A DNA stretch of 64,000 bases from Acidobacteria bacterium UBA2990 (GTDB lineage: Bacteria; Acidobacteriota; Vicinamibacteria; Vicinamibacterales; UBA8438), in the NCBI GenBank assembly GCA_002347025.1, contig DEAE01000012.1:10022-74021 (forward strand), written 5' to 3'. A program made the position numbers and the translations under genes. The notes beneath the pieces were generated by a model. That model saw only the letters and a program-made list of their open reading frames with translations. It was not told the DNA's origin and searched no databases. Below, in pieces: positions 9,753 to 17,705 of this stretch. The stretch's first letter is position 1. The number at the start of each line of letters is the position of its first letter.

Positions 9753-10319
9753 GTGTCAGGCCTATTGAATACTCACTATTCCACCCTCGCTCCAGACAGC
9801 AACCGTTCCAGTGCTAAACTCGGGTTGATGAGACTGGGTAAGATTGTCCGACATCCAATGCGTGCCTACTACTGGCCGATCCTGAGCGGGTTCCTCCTAG
9901 GGTCGAGTGCTTTCCTCCCCTGGATAACAGTCGGTGAACAGCAATACGGTGGAATCCCCGACGTCACCGCCTTCTGGGTATTGGGCTTGGCTGTAGTCAC
10001 GGTGATACTAGCTAGCCTTAGCATCGCCACCAGAAAAAACTCCCGCCACCCTTTATTGATTGTTGGATTGTTCGCGTTCGGCATTCTTTTCCTAGCCGAA
10101 CAGCTCATGGAGAGAACCGCATCCCAGCAAGGCTGGGCGATGTCCCAAGCTCGTGCGATCGTTTCAGGCACTCAGGCTACACCTGCCATTGAACCGATCA
10201 TGGCTTCAGGTATCTATCTAGGCCTAGCAGCTTCAATGATGATCGCACTCTTTGGTTTCACGGTAGTAGTCTCCCAAGCCCCGCAGGTTTACGCGATCGC
10301 GGAAGACGACGACCTCTAG
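9753..10319 (+). CDS. Hypothetical membrane protein (4-5 TM)
   Basis: 188 aa ORF with several hydrophobic helices. The true start is probably the internal MRLGK near 9828. Confidence 0.5.
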   Translation: MSGLLNTHYSTLAPDSNRSSAKLGLMRLGKIVRHPMRAYYWPILSGFLLGSSAFLPWITVGEQQYGGIPDVTAFWVLGLAVVTVILASLSIATRKNSRHPLLIVGLFAFGILFLAEQLMERTASQQGWAMSQARAIVSGTQATPAIEPIMASGIYLGLAASMMIALFGFTVVVSQAPQVYAIAEDDDL

Positions 10320-10428
10320 GTCGTCTCCCATCTTCCCCGTGGCCGCCACAGAACTGGCGTTCTCAGGGAACGAGAATCTGCACCTGCAATGGTGTCCGGT
10401 CCGGGCTAAAAATACCGCCCTCAACCGA

Positions 10429-10755
10429 TCACACGCCGAAGGATAGGCCGCAGCCACACTCGGACTTGGCGTTGGGGTTTCGCAGAATGAGAGATTGTCC
10501 AAGCATATTCGGATCACAATCTAGAATCGTACCGTCGAGATACTTGAAGCTTTTGGGGTCCACGTATATCGTAGCGCCTGTCTTGCTCGCAAAGACCTCA
10601 TCCTCAGAAGTCGGCGTCTGTTCCCACTTGAATACATAGCTCATGCCTGAGCAACCTCCTGCTTTTACTCCAACGCGCAAGCCGCCTTCAGTGAGACCTT
10701 CTTGCTGCATGCCGCTGTGTATCCGCTTCGAAGCCGCTTCTGTAATCTCGATCAT
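10429..10755 (-). CDS. iscA: A-type iron-sulfur cluster carrier (IscA/ErpA/HesB family)
   Basis: 108 aa with GGCSGMSY and the C-terminal CGCGLSFGV signature. Confidence 0.9.
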   Translation of the reverse strand: MIEITEAASKRIHSGMQQEGLTEGGLRVGVKAGGCSGMSYVFKWEQTPTSEDEVFASKTGATIYVDPKSFKYLDGTILDCDPNMLGQSLILRNPNAKSECGCGLSFGV

Positions 10756-10868
10756 GATCTTATTACCAGTCTACATCAGCCAAAACCACTCGTAAAAGCA
10801 TCAAGCATTCCATATGTGCAGCCCTCACATCAATGAGCACCATCTCCATGCCAGACAACAAATAGTTG

Positions 10869-12065
10869 TCACTGCCACTCTGGCGGTAAATCGTTTTCAG
10901 AATGCTCCTGTTCGAAGACCGGCGCCGGGGCCCGCAACTGCTCAACCAAACCCTGAAACATCTCAGCAACTTGGTCGACCTCTGCCTCGCTGTTGAAGCG
11001 TCCTAGTCCAAAACGAACCGACGCGCGTGCCTGCTTATCACTAAGTCCCAAGGCCTGAAGTACATGTGAGGGTTTACGAGTATTCGAGGTACATGCCGCA
11101 CCAGAGGATACGGCCACTCCCCCGAGTCCCATTAACAGTTGCTCCCCATTTACGCCATCGATACTGACATTGAGATTTTGAGGCAACCTAGCCTTCATAG
11201 ACCCATTCACCGTCACACCCTGAAGCGAATTCTGTAATTGGCTTAAGAGTCGGTCGCGCAGCCTACCGACTCGGACAGACTCGCCAGCCATTTCGTTGAG
11301 ACATATCGATGCGGCCCGACCAAACCCAACTATGGCAGGTAAATTCAGAGTTCCAGAGCGCAGTCCGGATTCATGACCACCTCCCTCAATCAGAGGAGTC
11401 ACGGCCACGCCATGCCTAACAAACAATCCTCCAACACCCTTGGGACCGTGGCATTTATGAGCGGTCAACGACAACAAGTCAATACCAGAAGTCTCGACAT
11501 CAATAGGAACCCAACCGGCTGCCTGCGCTGCATCCGTGTGAAACGAGATACCCCGAGCCCGGGTTAGGGCTGCCAATGCATCAATCGGGTGTAATACTCC
11601 AGTCTCGTTGTTGGCCATCATGACCGTGACAAGAACTGTGGTCGGCTCAATGGCCGCGCCGAGCGCTGCGGGGGTCAAAATTCCATCTTCTCGAACTGGA
11701 AGATACGACACCTGCATTCCTTGCCGCTCCAGGCTTGCGCACGGATCCAAAATCGCTCGATGTTCGGTTTGAACAGTAACGATATGGTTTCCACGAGCCC
11801 TTGAGGCATCAACGACCCCCCTGACCGCCAGATTGTTCGATTCAGTGGCACCACTCGTAAAGATCACCTCGCTGGCCTTGGCTCCTATGAGAGAGGCCAC
11901 CGCTGCTCGAGCATCCGCTACCGCATCCCGGGCGACCCAACCAAACCGATGTTGCCGGCTGGCCGCGTTGCCGTAGTGTTGGCTAAAGAACGGAACCATG
12001 GCCTCAACGACTCTGGGGTCTACACGTGTCGTAGCATGTCCGTCCATATAGATCGGTAGGTCCAT
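10869..12065 (-). CDS. iscS: Cysteine desulfurase (IscS/NifS class I)
   Basis: MDLPIYMDGHATTRVDPRV N-terminus, PLP lysine motif LTAHKCHGPKG, and active-site loop SSGAACTS. The ORF extends to 12134, but homology-style alignment favours ATG 12065. Confidence 0.9.
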   Translation of the reverse strand: MDLPIYMDGHATTRVDPRVVEAMVPFFSQHYGNAASRQHRFGWVARDAVADARAAVASLIGAKASEVIFTSGATESNNLAVRGVVDASRARGNHIVTVQTEHRAILDPCASLERQGMQVSYLPVREDGILTPAALGAAIEPTTVLVTVMMANNETGVLHPIDALAALTRARGISFHTDAAQAAGWVPIDVETSGIDLLSLTAHKCHGPKGVGGLFVRHGVAVTPLIEGGGHESGLRSGTLNLPAIVGFGRAASICLNEMAGESVRVGRLRDRLLSQLQNSLQGVTVNGSMKARLPQNLNVSIDGVNGEQLLMGLGGVAVSSGAACTSNTRKPSHVLQALGLSDKQARASVRFGLGRFNSEAEVDQVAEMFQGLVEQLRAPAPVFEQEHSENDLPPEWQ

Positions 12066-12211
12066 CATCACGATATGCAGCAAAAGACATTCACAGGTAT
12101 TTCCACTGAGGCCGACAGGTTTCGCACAACCCACTAGCCCACGCTTACACCCCTGAAAACCGATGTCGAGAAGCCAACACTACTGGGCTATGAAGGAGGT
12201 AAAGACAGAAG

Positions 12212-12694
12212 CTAATGACCTTCAAGCACTTTGTCTCTAACAGTTTCAGGCTCCGACAAACGCCCTGCAAGGGAAATTGGCACAGGGGGTGCCTCATCTG
12301 CCGCCAACGCCTTGAGGCTGTACGCTGTTAGGGCTTGAACAATTTGGTCCTTGATCCGCCATAGCGGATCACGAATGTTGCAGGTATCGTACTGATCACA
12401 ATCATGATCAGCCTTGGTACAACCGGTAACCATAACGGGCCCGTCGATGGCCTCAATAACGTTTGCTACAGAGATTTGGCTGGCGGAGCGAGCAAGTACA
12501 TAACCACCGTGGGTCCCATAGTGAGACGCAAGGATCTCCTCGCGAACTAAACGTTGCAGTACTTTGGCCAGCAAATCGACAGGTATCCCATAGCGCTCGG
12601 CTATCTCACGCGCACTGGCAGCCGCCGACCGAGAAGCCAGATCCTTAACGGCCATCAACGCGTATTCCGCTTTCTTTGAAAGTCGTAACATCAC
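12212..12694 (-). CDS. Rrf2-family transcriptional regulator (IscR-like, three-Cys cluster motif)
   Basis: MRLSKKAEYALMAV winged-helix N-terminus. Cys triad GCTKADHDCDQYDTC (C-x6-C-x5-C). Confidence 0.85.
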   Translation of the reverse strand: MMLRLSKKAEYALMAVKDLASRSAAASAREIAERYGIPVDLLAKVLQRLVREEILASHYGTHGGYVLARSASQISVANVIEAIDGPVMVTGCTKADHDCDQYDTCNIRDPLWRIKDQIVQALTAYSLKALAADEAPPVPISLAGRLSEPETVRDKVLEGH

Positions 12695-12769
12695 ACTATC
12701 GAAAATCGGTACTACTCAAACACACCGGTTTGAAAATCCGTCATAAATCTTGTGCCAGCCACCGAAACC

Positions 12770-13939
12770 TCAGTACCTAGGCAAAGTTTGGTCAATCCGG
12801 TCTATCCAGGCAAGAATACCGCCCTTTAAATTCTTGGCTCCTATGTGTCCAGCCTCCCTTAGCAGCTTAACCGCCTTGCCGCTGCGCACTCCGGACTTGC
12901 AATGCACGATTAAGTCACCCCCTGCTTGCACCTCCGACATACGAGACTGCAGATCCCCTAGAGGTATAAGCACTGAGCCTGGAATGCGACAGATATCGAA
13001 TTCCTGACTCTCCCGAACATCGAGCAGTACAAAAGAGTCCTCGCGGTCTATTCTCGCCTTTAATTCCTCAACTGTCACCTCTCCGTCAGTATTGGGCTCC
13101 ACCTCCGACACAGGTTGAGTCGGAACGACACCGCAAAACTGCTCATAGTCAATGAGTTGAGTCACCGTAGGTTTATCACCACAGACCGGACAATCGGGAT
13201 CCTTTCGGAGTTTGAGCTCCCTAAATCTCATTTGCAGCGCGTCAAAAATGAGAAACCGTCCGATCAGCGAGTCACCGACACCAAGAATCAATTTCACTGC
13301 TTCGGTCGCCTGGAGAGTGCCCACAACGCCTGGTAAAATGCCCAAGACCCCTCCCTCGGCACAGCTCGGCACTAGCCCAGGTGGAGGAGGTTCTGGGTAC
13401 AGGCAGCGATAGCAGGGTCCGCCTGTCGTGGCGAACACTGAGTTTTGACCCTCGAAGCGAAAGATACTTCCATACACGTTTGGCTTGCCTTGGATCACGC
13501 AGGCATCGTTGACCAGGTAACGCGTCGGAAAATTGTCTGTCCCATCAACAACCATGTCATAGTCTGCAAACAGACCAAGAGCATTCTGGGATGACAGAGC
13601 CATCTCATGGGTTACCACGTGGACTTCTGGATTGAGAGCATTGAGCCTCGACTTAGCTGACTCAAGTTTCGATCGCCCTACATCCGGGGTCCCATGGATT
13701 ATTTGCCGTTGCAAATTGCTGTAGTCAACCTCATCGAAATCAACAATCCCGATCGTCCCAACACCAGCCGCTGCCAGATACAGCGCTACAGGCGAACCCA
13801 AGCCGCCAGCACCGACACACAGCACCCGTGCCGCCTTCAGCTTTAGTTGACCCTCCATGCCCACTTCCGGCATGATGAGGTGGCGGCTGTAGCGAGCCAC
13901 TTCCTCGTTGGTCAGACCCAGCGGCTCGCCTGTCGTCAC
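12770..13939 (-). CDS. moeZ: E1-like adenylyltransferase/sulfurtransferase (MoeB/ThiF domain fused to rhodanese; MoeZ-type)
   Basis: GAGGLGSP nucleotide loop, CxxC pairs (CYRC, CPVC), and a C-terminal rhodanese domain with the HCKSGVRS active-site loop. Confidence 0.88.
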   Translation of the reverse strand: MTTGEPLGLTNEEVARYSRHLIMPEVGMEGQLKLKAARVLCVGAGGLGSPVALYLAAAGVGTIGIVDFDEVDYSNLQRQIIHGTPDVGRSKLESAKSRLNALNPEVHVVTHEMALSSQNALGLFADYDMVVDGTDNFPTRYLVNDACVIQGKPNVYGSIFRFEGQNSVFATTGGPCYRCLYPEPPPPGLVPSCAEGGVLGILPGVVGTLQATEAVKLILGVGDSLIGRFLIFDALQMRFRELKLRKDPDCPVCGDKPTVTQLIDYEQFCGVVPTQPVSEVEPNTDGEVTVEELKARIDREDSFVLLDVRESQEFDICRIPGSVLIPLGDLQSRMSEVQAGGDLIVHCKSGVRSGKAVKLLREAGHIGAKNLKGGILAWIDRIDQTLPRY

Positions 13940-14220
13940 GCCTTCCTCCCGCCTGCCACGGATGGAATAATGCTGACCGTATCTTCAGACGAGACAGGTG
14001 TTTGCTCTTTCTCCAGATACCGTATGTCGTCATCGTTAACGTAGATATTAACGAAGTTTCTCAGTTTGCCTTCGCTGTTATAGAGATGCTTGCGCAGGTC
14101 GGTATATTGGGCCGTCATGTTAGCAAGCAATTCACCGACCGTAGCCCCCTCCGCTTCCACAACATCCTGTTTGGCAGTGTAGGAACGCAATGGAGTCGGG
14201 ATTAGAATCTTAGTTGCCAT
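13936..14220 (-). CDS. MoaD/ThiS-family ubiquitin-like sulfur carrier (CysO-like) with a C-terminal GG-RKA extension
   Basis: 94 aa with a beta-grasp-like sequence ending ...IIPSVAGGRKA. There is a 4-nt overlap with the moeZ start. Confidence 0.8.
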   Translation of the reverse strand: MATKILIPTPLRSYTAKQDVVEAEGATVGELLANMTAQYTDLRKHLYNSEGKLRNFVNIYVNDDDIRYLEKEQTPVSSEDTVSIIPSVAGGRKA

Positions 14221-14314
14221 GTGTTTCGTCCGTCAGTATTCTCCGATAGTGACACACTAGTCACTCCGCGCCGTGACAAGAATAAGCTCCCTAAGCTTGC
14301 GGTGTCTTATCAGT

Positions 14315-14800
14315 CTAGCGAAAGTTTCCACTCGTCACCTTACTCTGAATCGCATCTTGTGGCTCAAGCTTAACCCGCTGTTCATCAAAAGCCGACCTGT
14401 CCTCGCGCAACCGCCAAGAACGCAAGGTGGTCGGGTCGCCACCTCGCACCGCCAGGATGACATAGGCAAAAGTGGGCCACGCATGGTCCAAGTCGTATTG
14501 CGACGGACAGGCCGAATCATCAGGATGGGAGTGATAAAACCCTATCAGCTTGCCGTCTATCTCATTTGCTCGCCGCTCCGCCACAATATAATCAGCCGGC
14601 TGTATACAAAAACGTCTCCTAGTTCCTTCGTCGGTAGTATTGGGCAAAGGTACCGCCTCGGTCACCATTTCGCCACATCCGATGAGAGCACCACAGGACT
14701 CATTCGGATACACTTCCTGGCTGTGCCGACGAATCCCTTCATCGGCTGTTGCTCGCATCACTAAAGTCGGAAGCCGACCCATTCCAAGTGTCTCAATCAT
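14315..14800 (-). CDS. JAMM/MPN+ metalloprotease (Mec+-like)
   Basis: NESCGALIG glutamate motif plus HSHPDDSACPSQYD (H-x-H-x7-S-x2-D). Confidence 0.85.
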   Translation of the reverse strand: MIETLGMGRLPTLVMRATADEGIRRHSQEVYPNESCGALIGCGEMVTEAVPLPNTTDEGTRRRFCIQPADYIVAERRANEIDGKLIGFYHSHPDDSACPSQYDLDHAWPTFAYVILAVRGGDPTTLRSWRLREDRSAFDEQRVKLEPQDAIQSKVTSGNFR

Positions 14801-14808
14801 CTAGCTAA

Positions 14809-16155
14809 CTAGGCAGAATCGGTCGCAAAACCCTTTTCTTTCCAAGCCAAAGTACCTCCGTTCAGGCTGCGCACGTTACGGTAGCCTAGAGATTTCAGGT
14901 AAAGCAGACCCGACAATGAGGCGTTCCCACGCTGACAAACACTGAGAATCGGCGCATCGAGATCACGGGGCAACACCGAAAGATAATCAGTGTTTTCTCC
15001 TAATTCAGACAAGGGCATATTAACGGCGCCGGGAATGTGCGCCTCGTCGTACTGACCTGAGGGTCGGACATCCAGTACGAAAGGTCGATCTACTTGCCAT
15101 TGCTCGTGCGCCGAAACTACATCAATCGTTAATTCCGCATTGCCACGAATGTTCTCCCTCATCTTGTCTAACAGTGGACTCTTTTCCGCTCCCTTGCTCG
15201 GCGAGGCAGAAGCCACACTGGGCAGGTGTTTCACGAAAGAAGAGGCATATTTGAAGGCATTGTCCGGAAAAATCACCACCAGTAAGTTCCCGGGTTCATC
15301 AGGTACTAGCTCGAAGGCCCCAGCCAGTGCCATCGAACAGCTCGGCCCCGCAGTGATACTCTCTTCCCGATTTAGCCGCAGACACAACTGATAGGCAATT
15401 TCGTCGTTGACCTCGATCACGTGGTCGTACTCATCTGGTCGATACAACTTTGTCTGCTGGAGTTGCCGCAAACTGCGGACCCCGGGGATATCGTGCCCCT
15501 CGTTCGGGTAAACCCCCAACACCTGAATTTCGGATCGTTGCTCTTTTAGGTAACGACCAGTCCCTGTGATTGTGCCGCATGTCCCAAGTCCAGCAGCGAA
15601 ATGGGTCACCTTTCCCTGGGTCTGATGCCAAATCTCTGGGCCCGTAGTTTTGTAGTGAGCATCAGGATTTGCCTCGTTCACATACTGGTTCAGCATGTGA
15701 AAATCTGGTCTTTCACCGAGTTCCATAGCTTTTGCAATAGCCCCCTCTGGAGCACCAGGAGCCGGACAAAGAGTATCCTGGAGTTCTAGCACCTCAGCCC
15801 CAAAAAACCGCAACATTGTGCGTTTTTCAAGGGGGATTTCACTCGAGAGCGGTGTCGTTAGCGTGTATCCCTTCGCGTTGGCAATCATTGCAAGCGCCAT
15901 ACCCGTATTGCCCGAGGTAGGTTCCACCAGCTTCTGGTTCTGCTGAACGGTTTGTCGATTCTCTCCATCTGCCAATAGGTTGGCGGCTACCCTGTCCTTA
16001 ACTGCACCAAATGGGTTGTACCATTCAAGCTTTGCGTAGACTTGGGTATACCTAAACGGACTAACCCTGTTCAAACGCACTAACGGTGTCGGATTCTCGG
16101 TGTCGCACCGGAGACCCAGTATCGAGTCATAGACCCGAAGGGCATGATCATTCAT
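14809..16155 (-). CDS. PLP-dependent cysteine synthase (CysM/CysK fold) fused to a C-terminal rhodanese domain
   Basis: N-terminal FGAVKDRVA (PLP lysine) and EPTSGNTGMALA. The C-terminal roughly 110 aa form a rhodanese with VLDVRPSGQYDEAHIPGA and active-site CQRGNAS. Confidence 0.85.
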   Translation of the reverse strand: MNDHALRVYDSILGLRCDTENPTPLVRLNRVSPFRYTQVYAKLEWYNPFGAVKDRVAANLLADGENRQTVQQNQKLVEPTSGNTGMALAMIANAKGYTLTTPLSSEIPLEKRTMLRFFGAEVLELQDTLCPAPGAPEGAIAKAMELGERPDFHMLNQYVNEANPDAHYKTTGPEIWHQTQGKVTHFAAGLGTCGTITGTGRYLKEQRSEIQVLGVYPNEGHDIPGVRSLRQLQQTKLYRPDEYDHVIEVNDEIAYQLCLRLNREESITAGPSCSMALAGAFELVPDEPGNLLVVIFPDNAFKYASSFVKHLPSVASASPSKGAEKSPLLDKMRENIRGNAELTIDVVSAHEQWQVDRPFVLDVRPSGQYDEAHIPGAVNMPLSELGENTDYLSVLPRDLDAPILSVCQRGNASLSGLLYLKSLGYRNVRSLNGGTLAWKEKGFATDSA

Positions 16156-16241
16156 GAAATGGCTCAGTCAGTACAGGCGTTAACAACTTGCCTAAACCCA
16201 AGATTACATATTATTCCGACAGCGGCTGACCTTCAAGCAGT

Positions 16242-16367
16242 GTCGCTGCACCCAAACAAAGCTGGCCACTCAATATCGAATAATTTACCTCCTTGAAATC
16301 GAGACAATCTAGAGTTCTCGATAGCACTTCTTCCCTCATTGCATCACAGTAAAAAGGGTGCAGCGAC
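16242..16367. promoter_or_regulatory. Candidate structured leader: perfect 12-bp inverted repeat closing a 102-nt insert that holds a 7-bp hairpin
   Basis: GTCGCTGCACCC (16242-16253) pairs with GGGTGCAGCGAC (16356-16367). The inner hairpin is ATCGAGA (16298-16304) with TCTCGAT (16316-16322). It lies in the 418-bp gap between divergent cysM-rhodanese and the aminotransferase. Confidence 0.4.
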
Positions 16368-16573
16368 CAATAACGCCAACGCCTTCTTCAGAAATCGAGT
16401 ATCTCGCCGAACCTTTGCCGCCAAAAAAACCGACCGGAACCCAGGCTTGAAACCATCAAAACAACTGATGCGCAAACCGGCTTGGCTCTTGGTACAAATG
16501 TCATAGGTTCAGCACCAAAGCCATCACCACCACCTAAGCTACCCTCCAAGCGTTCACTGATAAACTCCCTGCG

Positions 16574-17677
16574 ATGGACATCGAATCTTTCGAGCTAGAG
16601 CGTTGGCAGTCAATTCATGAACATAACGTGACAATCAATTTGTCAGAGAGCGGTGTAAAGCCACTCCAAGTCAAAGAATTAATTAAACCCAACGAACTCG
16701 AAGTGCTACTCGGTCAACCACTGGCATACACTCAGACCAACGGATCGGTCACCTTGCGCCAGAACATCGCAGCCTTATACCCCGATGCTGATATCTCAAA
16801 CATCCTTGTGACCAACGGTAGTTCCGAAGCAAATTTTGTCGCCTGCTGGCACCTGATCAACCCTGGAGACGAGGTTGTCATTGTGCAACCAACCTATATG
16901 CAAATCCCAGCTCTGGCCAGGTCATTTGGAGCAACAGTGAATGAAGTGTGGCTTGAAAGCACAGCTACTGGTTGGCACCTCAACTTAGAACTGGTCCGGG
17001 ATGCCGTCACACCAAAAACCCGTTTCATAGCAGTCTGTAACCCCAACAACCCAACCGGTGCGCGCTTCGACGACGCCTCACTAACAGAACTTTGTTCTAT
17101 CGCCGCTAAATACGGTTGTTGGCTGTTAGCCGACGAGATTTACCGTGGGACAGAGCTCGATAGCCGTGACACACCGTCCGCATGGAACCGCTACGAGCGA
17201 GTCATTGTCACCAGTGGGCTTTCGAAAGCATACGGACTACCAGGGCTACGAATGGGCTGGCTGGCCGCACCTCCAAGTACAATCGATGCACTCTGGGGAC
17301 GGCGCGACTATACAACGATTGCACCAGGCGCTATAAACGACTTGTTAGCGCGGCGTGCCCTTGAACCTACAAGGCGGAACACTTTGATCGCACGGGCCCG
17401 TCGAATTCTAAGAAAGAACCAGGCTATCGTAGCCACATGGATCAATGGACAGCCCAAGGTCCACCAAGTTCCACCAGAAGCCAGCGCCGTGACCTTGATA
17501 CGCTATACAGGAAGCTGGACCTCTGTCGAACTTGCTGAAGCACTTCGGGCCCAACATAGCGTACTAGTAGTGCCCGGTTCACACTTCAGACTCGATCAAC
17601 ACCTGCGTGTTGGTATCGGCGGTGAGCCGAGACCTCTGAGGGATGGTCTCGCACGGCTTGGGCAAATCCTTAATTGA
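16574..17677 (+). CDS. Class I/II PLP-dependent aminotransferase
   Basis: NPNNPTG motif and PLP-lysine motif SGLSKAYGLPGLRMGW. Confidence 0.85.
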   Translation: MDIESFELERWQSIHEHNVTINLSESGVKPLQVKELIKPNELEVLLGQPLAYTQTNGSVTLRQNIAALYPDADISNILVTNGSSEANFVACWHLINPGDEVVIVQPTYMQIPALARSFGATVNEVWLESTATGWHLNLELVRDAVTPKTRFIAVCNPNNPTGARFDDASLTELCSIAAKYGCWLLADEIYRGTELDSRDTPSAWNRYERVIVTSGLSKAYGLPGLRMGWLAAPPSTIDALWGRRDYTTIAPGAINDLLARRALEPTRRNTLIARARRILRKNQAIVATWINGQPKVHQVPPEASAVTLIRYTGSWTSVELAEALRAQHSVLVVPGSHFRLDQHLRVGIGGEPRPLRDGLARLGQILN

Positions 17678-17705
17678 AACCACACCATCAACACGAGATC
17701 ATTAA

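Noticed and set aside
9495-9768. Three mutually overlapping 67-84 aa ORFs downstream of the TonB-dependent receptor
   Set aside because: None has a recognisable motif or ribosome-binding site, and they exclude one another. A small real gene (9514-9768) cannot be excluded but is not supportable.
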